The notes under the pieces: model-generated | Told to the model about the DNA's origin: nothing | The model's input: the letters and a program-made list of their open reading frames with translations, nothing else | The model's database searches: none | Part shown: positions 1-13,316 of the stretch, in pieces | How positions within the stretch are numbered: the stretch's first letter is position 1 | Layout of the letters: each line of letters opens with the position of its first letter | Assembly: GCF_018977255.1 (NCBI RefSeq) | Contig: NW_024704743.1 | Location: 40,674,001 to 40,738,000, forward strand | Source: Callorhinchus milii | Taxonomy: Eukaryota | DNA: 64,000 nt | Reading direction: 5' to 3' | Program-made: the position numbers and the translations under genes

Positions 1-920
1 CACCTCTGTGACTTTTCTTCTGTTCTATCTTCCCTCAATCTCTGCCACTCCATTAACTCCACCCCCCACATCTATAGTTTCCACTTTAACCTGATTACTT
101 GGGGCCTCATCGTCTCAGACATCACCATCACTGATAAAGCCATCTCAGACCATTATTTCATCTCCCTTAATTCATCCATCCCACTCTCTGCCATTCCACC
201 CCCCCACCCCCATTCCCTCTCTGCTGCCTTTAAGTTATTTGAATCCTGCCCCTTTGGCCTTCTTCCAGCAACAACCTTACTTACAGGAAGTTTGGTCCTT
301 CAGATGAGATGTTAAACTGAGGTTCCGTATGCCTGTTCAGGTGGACTTTAAAGATCCCATGGCACTATTTGAACAAAGAAGAGAGATTTTCCTGGTGTAC
401 TGGATAACAATCCCAGTTCAAATCTTGCTTAAACCCCATATGCTCTGACTTGTTCAGCTTTCTCCCACCTACATATTGCCCACCTCCACCATTGCTTCTC
501 TCTCAGGCCACTGAAGCCCTTACCATGCATTGATCATATCCAAGATACACTACACAGTCAGATGACCCAACTCTTCCCTCCATAAACTGAAGACAATCCA
601 GAACTCTTCAGCTTATGTCTTCTCCTTCACTGAGCTCCGCAAACCTATAAACCCCACCCTCATCCAGCTGCAGTGGCTCCACATCACCCAGAGGATTGAG
701 CTTTAGATGCTAACCTTTAAATTTCTCCATGGCCTTGTCCTACCCTACTTCTATGACTTTCCGAATCCCTCCCAACTGCTTCCACTGCTCAGCAGGTATT
801 GGCCTGCATTACATCCCCTGTCCACCCCACCATTGGTGGTTGGGCTTTCAGTCTATTTTCCCCATTCTCTAGAACTTCATCCCAGTCTCTCTTTGCCTTG
901 CCCCTTCCCTTGCCTCCCAC
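1..920 (+). mobile_element. Older L2 fragments with an embedded Deu-SINE piece (~285-420)
   Basis: gataaagccatctcagaccat (ISDH-like) and ctgcagtggctc..atcacccagaggattgagctttag (LHWLP..RI.FK-like); Deu segment cagatgagatgttaaactgagg...aaagatcccatggcactatt. Confidence 0.7.
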
Positions 921-922
921 AA

Positions 923-1001
923 TGAGTCAGTTGGGAGCGGAGTCAGGAGAGTGCGGGGCGGGGGGTAAGTGAGGGGCGGCGCGATTCACAAGGTGACGTC
1001 A
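923..1001 (+). promoter_or_regulatory. Putative internal promoter at the L2 5' end
   Basis: AP-1 motif TGAGTCA (923-929), two GGGGCGG boxes and palindromic CRE TGACGTCA (994-1001) in a CpG-retaining 80-bp stretch. Confidence 0.45.
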
Positions 1002-1903
1002 CAGTTCAAAAAAAAAGCAACAATGGCCCCTGCCACTGCCAGCCCGGCCATGACCTGGATGGCTGAGCCTGAGGGCTGATGCCATACCGCTGATCACTCG
1101 CTCCCGGTCTCCGTGTGTGCGTTTTCGCTGCCGCCCTGACCCGAACCTCCCCCTCCCCCTCCCCCTCCATTCTAAATGTCTCTCCCACCCCCCCTCTATC
1201 CGCTACTCCCCCTCTGTCCTTCTCTCCCTCTGCCCTCCCTGCCTTCTCTTTTTCCTCGACCCCAACACCATTTCCCTTTGCTTCAGCCTGGGCATCCTCC
1301 CCGGGCCCATCGTGGCTCCCGGCACTGGCTGTCCCAGAGCAGTAACCCCACATGTCCAATCATTCACTCTCTCCGCTCAAACCGCCTCCTTAAGGAAAAC
1401 CCAACTTACTCCTCCCTCATACATACCCACCCCAACTCCCCACTTACACCACTCTCCACAACCATCTCTCCTGTACACCCAAAATCCTCTTCGCATCATT
1501 CTCTGCTCCCTCTCCTCCCTCCCCTCCCTCCTGCAAACCCACCTGCTTTTTCCCCCCAAATGTCCTTTCCCTCTCAAATGGAGCCCTCACCATCCTTGAC
1601 CTCATCCTAGATGAGCACCTTGACATTCTTGGGCTCACTGAAACCTGTCTCTCCCCCAATGACCCCGTCCACCTAGTGGAAGCCTCCCCTCCAGGCTACA
1701 TCTTCCACCACATGCCCTGTCCAAACCAACGTGTCGGCGGGGTGGCCTTCATTTCCAAAGCCTCCCTTGGTCTTATCTCTTACTCCTCTGGCTGCTTCCC
1801 CTCCTTCGAGCAAATCATCCTCTTCCAACCCTCTCTCCCATTGAAAATCCTCCTTGTCTACTGCCCCGCCTAAGCCCCCTGGCTCCTTCCACATAGACAT
1901 CTC

Positions 1904-2170
1904 AATAACAACAACAACAAGATTCCATTTATAGAGCGCCTTTCACATCGGGAGGAGATCCCAAGGCGCTGTACAGTTGGGTCAGGACCCGAGCATGGGG
2001 GAAATGGTCAGGGTGAGGGGAGGGAAGGTTGGGAGCGAGGAGGGGGTAGAGAGTCGAGAGGGGAGCTGAAGGCATGGTCAAAGAGAAAGGTCTTGAGACC
2101 GGCCTTGAAGGAGGAACGGGTGGAGGCAATGCGAAGGCACTGGGGGATAGAGTTCCAGAGCCTAGGGGCT
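1904..2170 (-). mobile_element. L2 3' fragment nested antisense in the larger L2
   Basis: (caa)n tail; closely similar to the copies at 47763 and 58923; the host frame DIS|TFLS resumes after it. Confidence 0.9.
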
Positions 2171-5100
2171 CTACTTTCCTCTCTCCCCTGTCCCTCCTCT
2201 CTGAACTCCTGCTCATAATGGGCGACTTCAACCTCCACCTAAACTCCCCTTGCGCTACTTCTGCCAACTTCACTGTCCTCCTCTCCTCCATAAACCTTTA
2301 TATAAATTCACCCACCCACAACCGTGGTCATGCCCTTGACCTCGTTATCACCCATGGCCTTGATATTTCCGACCTCAGGTTAGTGGCCAAAGCCATCTAG
2401 GACCACTTCCTCATCTCCTTCTCCTCTCACATCCCTCTCTCCTCCACAAGCCCTCAACCATTCTCTACCGGCCTTGGTAAAGGCTACACCCTGAGACCCT
2501 CACAAAGGCCCTCACATCAACAAATATCCTATCCCTCTGTGCCTTCCACCCAGTAGATCCTGAAGCAGCCGTCCAGCTGCTCCATGATCGCCTCTCCTCC
2601 ACGTTCAACTCCCTCATCCCCCTGAAATCCAGGATCATCTCCAAACCCACCCGATCCCCCTGGTACAACAACCATCTCCGCCACCTAAAAATCCAAACCC
2701 AGCTGCTCAAGCGCAGATGGCGAAAAACTGGTCTGACAGTCCACCGCCAACTGTGGCTCGAGCATCTCCTCAGCTACCGCCGTTCTTTGACATGCACAAA
2801 AACTGCCTTCTACTCCAACATCACCTTGGAGGCTAAACACAATCCTAAAATCCTTTTTTCTACCACCCACTGCCTCCTCCGTGCCCCCACTCAGGCCTCC
2901 TCAATCTACATATCCAATGCCAAGTACGAGAAGGTCATGGACTTCTTTTCATCTAAAATACACATCATCCGCCAGGCAGCCTCATCCACCTGCCTCTTGT
3001 CACCCACCAATAACCCCTCTCTATCCCCCTCACCTTCCCCATCATCTGCTCCTACCACCACCCCCATCCTACATTCCTTCCTCCTCATCTCTCCCTCTCA
3101 CCCACCATCACCTCCATGAAACCCACCACCTGCTGCCTCGACTCCCTCCCCACCAACTTCCTGGTCACCCAGCTCCATCTCCTCTGCCCACTACTGGCTG
3201 GCATCATCAACCAGTCCCTCTCCTCTGGATCAGTCCCTGCACCCCTCAAAACTGCTGCCATCACCCCTCTCCTCACAAAACCGTGCTTAGATCCCTCAAA
3301 TCCCAGCCATTACCGTCCCATTTCTAACCTGCCATTCCTCTCATCAGTCCTAGAACACATTGTTGCCAATCAACTCTGCGCACATCTCTCCTCCCACTCA
3401 CTATTTGAACCACTCCAATCTGGTTTACGTTCTGCCCACAGTACAGAGACTGCGCTCGTGAAAGTTACAAATGACTTCCTCTCCATCTGTGACCAGAGCT
3501 CCCTCTGCCTCTTTGTCCTCCTGGACCTCTCTGCCACGTTCGACACAGTGGTTCACGCTATCCTTCTCCACCGCCTTTCTTCCGTCATCCACCTCAGTGG
3601 GAGCGCACTCGCCTGATTCGAGTCCTACCTCACAAACTGCCAGCAGTACATCTGCACAAACGGTTTCTCCTCCCGCTCTCACCCTGCGGGGTACCCCAAG
3701 GATCCATCCTTGGCCCCCTCCTCTTTCTGATCTACATGCTCCCTCTTGGGGATGTCATCCACAGACATGGGGTACATTTCCACATGTACCGGACGACACC
3801 CAACTCTATTTTTCCACCTCTCTTTGCGACCCCCAGTCCCCTGATGTTCTGTCAGCCTGTCTGTCAGATCTCAAGGGCTGGATGAGCGCAAATTTCCTTC
3901 AGCTGAAATTTCACAAGACGGAAGCCATACTCTTTGACTCTCGTCAATGAATAATATCTCACGGCTCTCACCTTGTCCATCTACCCGACCTACCCTTAAA
4001 ACTCTCTAAACCCGTTCGCAACTTAGGTGTCAGGTTCGACCCCCAATTATCCTTCCTCCCGCACATACGGTCCCTCACCAGCACCGCTTTCTTCCACCTG
4101 CTTCATATCGCCCGCCTGCGCCAATATCTCTCTCCGAAAGCTGCTGAAACCCTAGTCCCTGCCTTTATCACCTCTTGACTGGATTACTCCAATGCCTTCC
4201 TCGCCGGTCTCCCCTCCACTACCATCCATAAAATCCAGATCATTCAAACCTCTGCCGCCCGCATTCTCACCCGCACCAAACTCCGCTCCCTGGTCACCCC
4301 AGTCCTTGCCAGACTGCACTGGCTGCCTGTCCCAGAGAGGATCGACTTCAAGATCCTCACCCTTGTTTTCAATTCCCTCCACTCCTCTGCACCCCCCTAC
4401 CTCTCTGACCTCCTCCCTCCTCAAAACAGTACCAGTTGCCTTCGTTCCTCCGGGTCTGGCCTCCTCCTCGTCCCCCGTGTCCTCCGCTCTACCTTCGGCG
4501 GCCGTGCCTTCAGCCACTATGCCCCGAGATTCTGGAATTCCCTTCCTCACTCCCTTCGCCTCGCCCCCTCTCTTCCTATTTTCAGGTCTCTGCTGAAGAC
4601 CTTTCACTTCAACCGCGCCTTTGGTCACCTTCTTCGCCATCCCCCTGGCTCAAAGACTTGAAAGGCGCTGTATAAAATGCACGGATTATTATTATTATTA
4701 ATCCCCAGGCCCCACTGAGTCCAATGTCTTGGTCTCATTTGTCCTTCCTGACAACCTGTTCCAGTCATTAATTAACTCTGAGTAAAGATTTATTTTCCCC
4801 TGATATCTATCCTGAAGTTATTCTTTTACAACTCTAAACCAATGTTCTTCTGTCTTGGGGCATCCAAACTTATTGGTCTGAGTTTAAGTTTTCAATCCTA
4901 TTTAAAATGTTATAGACAAGATCCCATATGAGTTGTGTTCTCTCAAGACTGAAGAGCCCTAGCTTGTCGAATCGTTGCTCATAGCTTATTCCTCTCTGTA
5001 CACTAAATGGTAGCTTTTTTTAATAAAAGAATGAAGGATATATAAATCAACTATAATGGAGTGCAAATATATTATGGTGGGGGGGAATGTGGCTTTAAAT

Positions 5101-6084
5101 CTAATCATCACATTGTGTACACTGCATTCCATACTTCTGAATGTTAAAACAAAACTATCTTTCACTTTTTCTTCTAGGAATATTCTTCAATTAATGTCTG
5201 CTTGTTATTGACTTACCCATCAGTGCAAATGATAGGATTGTCGCTTACAATAATACAATTTAAAAGGCATTTGGGTGAATATAGTCAGCTTGGCTCAATG
5301 AACTGCACTCTTGGCTCCAAGTCGAAAAAAAGCACTATTTTCGGACTTTATTTCATAGCCTAAGCTGACATTCCACTGTAATACTAGAGGAGATACTGAA
5401 CCAACATCTGGTCTGTCTGCTCTTACCATTAAAGATCCCATGACAGTGTCCTGGCCAACAATCCTCCAGATTAATTGGTCGTTAACCTTATGGTTGTTTG
5501 TGTGAGTTTGCTTGCAGAACAGCTGCCATATTTCCCCTCAGATGCAGCAACTGAATTTAATGCTACACTCAATAATAATCAACAATACTGTAAAGCTTTT
5601 TGATGATGATTGAGGTTTGTTTTGGTCACCTGGGAATTTGACACACAGAAAACCCAAAATATTGATAATTTAACATGTTGGTATTTATAATTGTCACCAA
5701 AACAGTTCACACTCTATCCCGAAAGAAAATATTTTGGTTATATATTCCTGATGGGTTTAGGTGCAGGTTGGTAAGAGCCATGAATGGGGATTCCATGTTG
5801 TGCATTAGGGTACCACTGGAATTCAACCAGGTAAAATTGTACATTTGTGCCTTTGTAAGTATTGCAAGCTTCACTGTTTGTCCAGCTTGGATAACTCCAC
5901 CCATTAGGGCTTGGCTTGTACAGTTAATAGGAGATGATTGTGTTTGGATATGTTGCCCACAATATAGGTCAGCTTTTCTAAGTCCTATTAATGCACCAGG
6001 CTGGCTAGTCTGTCATCAACAGTACCCTGCAGACTCATCTCCCCTATGAACCAAACTACCAAGATTGACTTGATTCCAATATTC

Positions 6085-6179
6085 AAGACATGTCAACTGG
6101 GAACCCACTCAACCTCAAAGAGACCCCACTTGTCCTGGGGTCTCTTTGAGGTTGAGTGGGTTCCCAGTTGACATGTCTT
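6085..6179. repeat. Perfect inverted repeat, 44-bp arms, 7-nt loop
   Basis: 6085-6128 is the exact reverse complement of 6136-6179; loop cttgtcc. Confidence 0.97.
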
Positions 6180-6181
6180 CT

Positions 6182-6503
6182 GGAGTTCTGTAGCTCAGTG
6201 GTTAGAGCACTCGCCTTGCAAGCGAGAGACCTGAGTTCAATTCCAGGCAGGGCGAAACCTTGGGCAAGTTTCTTACTCCACACGCCTAATAATAATCCCT
6301 TCAAAACCAAAACAATAATAAATTGGTCATTTTCAATCTACGACTGTTTGTGGGACATTGTTGTGCGCAATTGGCTGCCGCGTTCGCCCACAAATATACA
6401 GTCAATTCACTTTACAGTGTGTTCTGTGAAGCGCTTTGGGACATCCTCCCGATGTGAAAAGCGTTATATCAAATGCAAGGATTATTATTATTATATTATT
6501 ATT
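6182..6503 (+). mobile_element. Young tRNA-Ala-derived SINE with L2-type tail
   Basis: A box tagctcagtgg, anticodon arm ctcgc-cttgcaa-gcgag (TGC), B box gttcaattcc, 3' end ...atatcaaatgcaagg(att)n. Confidence 0.93.
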
Positions 6504-7619
6504 GTCAATTCCGCATGGAAAATAGACACTAGTTGGTCATTAGTTACCTAACAAGTGCAAATTTGAGCTCTCATTAATTGGATAACAGGTACTAGATTCT
6601 GTTCATGAGCACACGGGGAGGAGCAGAACTCAGCATAAAATGTATGTGAGTATTGCCACCTACATTCTGCCCATAACTGGAGATACATGTATTTTCGTGC
6701 ACCATTGATTTTTCATGAAGTGTACATTATGAACTGGGACTGAGTTATATGTGTTAGAAGGGAATTGCACTGCAATCACACCACAAAAGTCATCTTGAGA
6801 TGGTTTTAGCAGCACAGTCTATGTGGACTCGCATCAATACAGTGTAAATGCAGCAGTGTGAATCAAGTCCAGTTTCACTACCCAGTTTTTCCTTGATCGC
6901 TCTTGTCTGGTCCAGTGCATCCTCAAAAAATGATTAGGGGAGCTTCTCTAGTATAAAATTAACACACCATTTTTAAAACTCTTACAAAAGTAAACAATTA
7001 AGTTTGAACAATGCTTGAAAATTGAGTATTAACCTTTTATCAGTGGTGACAAATATAAATCAGACTTTCAGGTCCACATGGCTCCACTGCTAAAAGTGAT
7101 ATTCACAAGAGAGGTTTAGATCAAGAAGTCATTCAGCCGATTTATTATTATGCTTTCAGAATACCTACCTTACCTTCCTCTCATCAGAGCATTAAGCTGT
7201 TTTTAAAATAAGTCCAGGATTCCAGCCTCAACCACTCTTTCTAATATAAGATGTTCTGTTTGTTATGTTTTGTGACAATTAATTGCTGTTGAAAATAAAT
7301 TTGCTTTAGATCAGCAGAAAACTAAAGGTGAAAGCCTCAAAGCGATTTTACTCAGTGCAAGTGTGTCCTACAGTGAATGAGAATTAAGGTTAGTTTTTAA
7401 TTCTTCTGTGATGTCAGAAACAACTTTCAAATTAGTAATGTTTGATTGGTGTGAAAATGTTATCACAATCATTCAAGTACTGACAGCTCTTTTGTAAAAC
7501 ATGCTGGAACTGTTTTTTTTCTGTTTGAATAAAATATAATTTGGAAAAAATAAGATTACATGAAAGGGAGTGAGAGAGTGTGAACTCAATGACAAGTGTA
7601 GCCTTTGAATGGTCTATGG

Positions 7620-8095
7620 AAGAAGCAGGTTTGTTTGACCAATTGAATGTTTTGTTTGGTGCTTTCTTTACATCTTCAAAACATAGAGGCCAACAATATT
7701 ATACAAGTGATACTTTGAAAATCAGTAAACCTGTGGGTTTTGGCCATGGAGGGCTATGGTATAATTTTCCCATTATAAACTCAACACTGCCAAGTCCTGA
7801 AGATTTACGTAACAGCATAAAATAAAATGTTCTCACCAGCTGAGATCAATAAATTTACCATATTTGGAAAATTCCATTATGCGTTACAGTACACTATTCC
7901 TCTGTAAGTCTTCGTTCCTGATACCTAGCCCCATTGCATATTTGATTTTCTTGTAAATCCAATCTTTTGCACTCATGATAAAAAACCAGCAGGAGTCCCA
8001 GTGCACGGATTGGAGATTTACATGGTGTTGGGAGGCAGAGCTAGAAACTCAACAATTCAACAACAAACACTAACTATAGTAATGATAGATTCATC
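7620..8095 (-). pseudogene. Two Fn3-like remnants (7960-8095 and 7620-7796)
   Basis: IVEFLALPPNTM*IS shifting to IRALG; and PPWPKPTGLLIFKVSL. Each follows a cag acceptor. Confidence 0.45.
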
Positions 8096-8759
8096 CTGGA
8101 GCAGTAATCATTGGAAGATAAGTTCTGAGGCAGCAAAATATATTAATGGTTGTATAAAATATTGGGAGAAAAATGTGATTACTATTACAAGCCATATGTT
8201 TTTGATGTGTTCAAACTGAATCTGTTAGGATTTTGCTGTTTTATGGGACATTGCCATGCAAAACTTGACTACACAATCACTACAAATCCTTTGAAGCACT
8301 TAAGACATAATCTCAATATGAAAAGTGCCATATCAAATGCAAGGATATTTTTTGTAAATTCATTTGAAAATATGACTGGGAATCGCTTTGAATTGAACCA
8401 TATGTGAGATAAGAGGACCCTTATCTTGGTTGATGTTTAAAAGATCCAATCTGCTCTGTTAACCTAATTCGGAACAGAGGAACTCATTTATCTTTACTGG
8501 AACCATTGTCATCAGTTAAATAGAAACAGAAATGTTCAAACACCAAGGGAAGTTATTCAGCTCATCGTGCCATTGCTACCAATACTCTCCAAAATGCTTA
8601 AATATCAATCAGCAGCTTTATCATGGCTACAGGCTCTCTGAACATAATGTTTAGGAAGTGAAATAAAACTGGTAAAATAAAAGTGAAATGTAGTAGTGAG
8701 AAATACAAATTGTTTTTTCCGATTTGCTCCCCTGACTACTCATATGATCTCTCTGTTAC

Positions 8760-8890
8760 CTGGAACAATGCAGAAGAGATCATAAAGTGGTATCAATTCT
8801 TTCGGTTCAGTATGGACATGGCAGGTGAAATTCATCTGATGCTCAATGTCATGCAGCTGTACGAGACAAGTGTACGTTTTCCCTTGTACT
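8760..8890 (-). pseudogene. Fn3-like C-terminal remnant
   Basis: Open frame QGKTYTCLVQLHDIEHQMNFTCHVHTEPKELIPLYDLFCIVP ending at cag|gtaac; its 5' side abuts a SINE tail. Confidence 0.4.
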
Positions 8891-9189
8891 GAGGTTAATG
8901 ATGCTTATCATCCTTATATTTGATATAATTCCTTTCATATCAGGAGGGTTTCTCAAAGCGTTTCATAGTATACACTGTAAAGTGTAGAAACCATATATTT
9001 TGAAGGTAGACTTCAGATGTATAATTTGAACAGTCAATGCTTTGCTTCTCTGAAATAACCAAAGACTTAAAAGCAAATAATGCTTTGGGCCATTTCATTA
9101 AATTCACTGTACTGTATCTTTTTGTTTAATGTTGTGCCTTCTGGCAGTAGGTAGGTAAAATAGCTCTAACATATTCATTTTCTCTATTG

Positions 9190-9414
9190 AAATGGCACTA
9201 TTCAAAGTATTTTCTGAAGCTATTGGATTTTCCTGGGACCTTTGCACCTGAAAACTCCAGAAGGAAAGTGCAAGAAACATTTGCTTTCATGATGTGTCGT
9301 GTTTATGTTCATTGCGATACTCAATTAGTTGTCTCTCAACCTGCTGCAGTGTCACTGGAAAGCTGAAAAATGATCACAGCACACTGGTGGAGTCAAGTCA
9401 TTGATCAAAGGCTC
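9190..9414 (-). pseudogene. Fn3-like remnant
   Basis: Acceptor ttgctaattcag. Frameshifted pieces LDSTSVL*SF, VERQLIEYRN and LEFSGAKVPGKSNSF. Confidence 0.4.
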
Positions 9415-12400
9415 CTGAATTAGCAAGTAGATTAAGCATTGAAGACCAAGTAAATTGGGGATATTTTTTAGAAATCCTTTTACTAGTCGAGAACCTTTCA
9501 AACTCAAGTAATTTTAATTTCCATACCTTCAACAAGTCAGACATCCTTCAAAAACATAGTTGCTGCCAACATTGATTATGTGTCAAATTCTTCATTTTTG
9601 TTTTCACTAATGCTTCTCAAAGGTGTATTTTAGAAGTCAGATTTTATGCATTTGACATATGGCAGTTCCCTCTGGGGTAGACATCTGAGGTTTGTTGTCT
9701 GCTCAGATTTCTGCTACTAACTCAACCGTCCATTAACATTGTGCAGTACAGATCAGTCATGCATATCGACCATCTGTAGCTAGAGCAGGTAACTTTTACT
9801 TCTCTTGTTCCAGCATAACTCATAAATGACAGGCTTAATACATCACATAAAACAAGTGGTTCACATCAATCTCCTCAAAGTACGTATTTAGTGAATAGCG
9901 CTGATTTTTTTTAACTAAAAATCATAAAGTGACAAATTTTATTCAAAGTAGTGAAAAAGTCGAAAGGCCACTCTTGGGAGTCTCAGTTAATTTTCATCCA
10001 AAAGTGCAACGTTGCTTACACCCTCTCCTTTTCTGAACAATTTGTTTTCATGTGATGATTCTAGTCAATGTCCTTGCTGAGAACTCACAAAAACCATCCA
10101 GGTCTGGCATACATATTTGAGTTATAGGCAGTTCAGGGATTTAAAAGCCTGATTACTTGGGTGTCAGCCATGGCTCTAGCTCCTTGGCTTCAGGGTTGCC
10201 TGCATATTGTTCATTACTGAATGCAAAATCATGGAGGAAAGTGGCCCTGCGAACTGTTGAGCAACATTCATTAAAGATGACAATATACAAAACTAATTAG
10301 GACCAAGTAGCACAGCCATAGCAGCTGCGTGTTATCCAATTTTGACAGGCACCACTTGGTCTTGGTAGGTTTGTGTGCAGTGAACATCATTATTACACTG
10401 TAGACAGTATAAGGTGTTTTTGCCTTACAATTTTACAATTTCAATCCTTTAATACGTTTGTTTCAATAACAAATAGTCAACATTTATGCGCGCTTACATG
10501 ATAAAAGCAGAATGGCCAGCTGTTTGTTGCTAAAAAATTCCATACATGATTTGAGCTAAAACAGACCTTCCTGATTCATGGTGTATAAAATTAGGTTACT
10601 CGTATTCTCCATATCCTCTGGTGCATCAGTCAGAATTTTAAGTTATTCTTTCCAAGTGGCTGAAGGCCTTACATCCTGATTATCTGCAATGTTTGTTCAA
10701 ATTTTCCAAACTGAGATGGACAGATTTTTGTTAGATAAGGCTATCAAGTATATGCGGTAAAGGCGGGCACAGAGCAAGTTGAGTTGAGGTACACATCACT
10801 CATGATCTACTAGAATAGCGGAACAAGCTTAAGGGAATGAATGGCCTACACTTATATTCCTATGTTTCCAATGTTACTTGTAAGTTATCCAGCTTTGACT
10901 TAAACACTCATTGTTTATGTTATTGTTATATACAGAGATTTGATATTTTTCAGAAGCCAATTTTAGTATAGCTGTGATGCCCATTTATTTAACAAAACAT
11001 GCATATTGTGTGACATATAATTGAAAGCTTTGCATTTAAATGTTTCCTATTTTTCACAAAATTTACCAAAGTGATAAAATCATTCTAATCCACCATACCA
11101 ATATAATAAGATTCAAGGTTTGATGATCAGTAAATTGCACTCAAGATCTGCAGATTTGCTAAATTGTTGTTGAGATGGGAAAAGGTTAACCAAGTTAATA
11201 ATGATAGCAATTCCAGTATTCGGTTTCAATCAAGCAGTTAAAAACATACAATTAACACCCGCATTACATCAGTATTTCAGCAATTGAGAATTTATCAGCA
11301 TGTAAATCAAAGTCTATTTTGACACCCATACTTATATGGATGTGAGTCTGGAAAGAGGGAGAGGGAAATTGGTAACAGTGCTCTCCAATCACTGTGTGTT
11401 CAGTGTAAGCATTAACTGGTTAAAGCACAAGCTTAATATAAAAGTGTTTGAGTCTCAAAAACAGTGTGGTATTTATAATTCACTTTACTGCATTTTTGCT
11501 GCAGAACCTTATTTGATAAAAAACCTCACATAAAAGAGCAGACGAAACAGGTCCTGAGACTGTCAAACAGCATTTCTTAAAGATGATGATAGGTGAGGTT
11601 AATTAAGACCCAGCAACGTAGCCCGACAGCTGCATGTTATCCAATTCTGTCAGATACCGCACGGGCTTCGCACAGTCAAGGGTGGCATATAAGTGATGTT
11701 CCATCAGCATTTGCACATAAAACAAACACTCTATGTGACATGTTCCTGTGTGGCAATAGTGTACAATTTTTTGCACCTGGGCTATGTGAGCAGTTCTATT
11801 CCCTGTGGTTGAAAAAGCATTCAGAAGGGAAAACCACTGCAGAGCCCATATCGTCAATCATGATACTATTGCAGTGCTCCGGGGTTGCTGCATTGTTGCT
11901 GGTGCCATTGTTCGGTTGAAATGTTAAACTGAGATTATGTCTGCCTGCCCAAGTGAATGTTAAAGATCTTATTTGAAAGAGAAGAGAATTTCTCCTGAAA
12001 TAAAATTGGCCGTTCAAAACTGCTGGTTGGATATTGGTGTGTGCAAATTGGCTGCAGCAATCATCCACAAAACACACACAGTCACACTACTTTCCATGGT
12101 ACGATTCAAAAAGAGAATGGAATTTCTCCCAGTATCCAAGCCAACAATCCTCTCTTTTAAAAGAAAGGCATTCACCTTCCAGGTGTTTCTGGAACATTGT
12201 TCTGTGCAAATTGGTTTCTCTGTTTCCTAACAAATACATTCACCATGCTTAACAATAATTAATGCAAAGTGCTTTTGAGACATTTCAATGTATATAGGTA
12301 CAATATCAAATGCAAGGAATATATAAAAGTAATTTTATTTTGGGGCGTTTTAAATCACTGAATCCCAAACCAAAGCTCACTTAATTTTAACGAGTAAAGG

Positions 12401-12989
12401 AATACCTCTGACCTTTGTTTTCAAGTATTATACCCTTTCAATAGTGGAATAATCTGACCAGCTAGACTGAGTTAAACTACACATTCACACTATTCATATT
12501 TGGAATTGTTTCATTGAGTTCCATTTAAGCAGACAGACACACAGACTCAGGTATTAACACATGCTCACAGTATTGCTCTGCTTTATTAAATAATAGTTTT
12601 GTGGTGGCATGAGCAGAGATTGGAGTTGTTGACACGAAAAGTTGTACAGGATTTCCACAAAGTCCTCTTACACCATTATAAAACAGTTATATGAGATTAC
12701 GGAGGAGCTGAAATAAGCTGTCAACTCCATTTCGCCTTGTTACTCGTTCCATATTACAACAACAACAACAAAATTACATTTGTATAGAGCCTTTCATGTC
12801 AGGAAGACATCCCAAGGCGCTGTTATGGAAAATGTTGCACCGAACATGGCAATGGATCATTATCTGCCATGAAATAGGTGCTCACACAGATCCTCTGGTT
12901 GTCCAAATGCAGTTAAACACTTGTAATGAATAAAAAGTATGTACGTCTAAATACAATTATCATCATTCTTCCACAAGTTTCATTTGTTG

Positions 12990-13316
12990 GTCAGTGCATT
13001 GAAGAAGAAAAAACATGGGATAACAGGACCTGAAGTATAAAATAACTGTTAAATTGATAAATGGTCCAGGAAAGTGACTATCTGCTGGGACTTGATGGTT
13101 TTGTATGTTATCAGTTCATTCTCTGTGACACAAGAATAAACTCTAATTTTACAGCAATAAGGAAGGATTTAATAAACTACCAATTTGTTATGAGAATTGG
13201 CAACAAAATAAGCGGTTCAAGCAAACACTTATATAAAGATTCTGGATACGTTTACACTGAACAAATAGCTATGTTGCTGGATTACTGATGGTCAAATTCA
13301 CTACTTGTGCATGCTA
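12990..13316 (-). pseudogene. Fn3-like exon remnant
   Basis: Reads HAQVVNLTISNPAT*LFVQC, resembling the P-x-x-V-x-N-L-T-I-S-N...S-L-x-V-x-W start of R3 receptor-PTP Fn3 repeats; later HFPGPFINLTV. Confidence 0.5.

Larger units (their letters stand above)
921..4700 (+). mobile_element. Near-full-length degenerate L2-clade LINE (APE endonuclease + RT)
   Basis: APE motifs (LDILGLTET, GGVAFI, MGDFNLH, PTHNRGHALDLVI). RT motifs ([48 protein letters not shown]). C-terminal LDYSNA..LHWLP. 3' end gaaaggcgctgtataaaatgc-(att)n. Stops and frameshifts. Confidence 0.92.

Noticed and set aside
1006..4675. Many overlapping Pro/Ser-rich and Gly/Glu-rich ORFs
   Set aside because: Alternate and antisense frames of the C-rich L2 element.
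5707..5904. Minus-strand ORF resembling an Ig domain (GQTVKL..YNFTWLNSSG..LTNL..SGIY)
   Set aside because: It lies inside a copy of the dispersed repeat also at 27300, 30900 and 41385. It shows that by-eye motif matching can mislead, which is why exon confidences are moderate.
6182..6255. tRNA-Ala(TGC) genes here and at the other young SINE heads
   Set aside because: No proper acceptor stem or terminator; each continues into the SINE body and tail.
6728..6880. Possible MITE with imperfect terminal inverted repeats
   Set aside because: The arms are short and mismatched, with no TSD or second copy seen.
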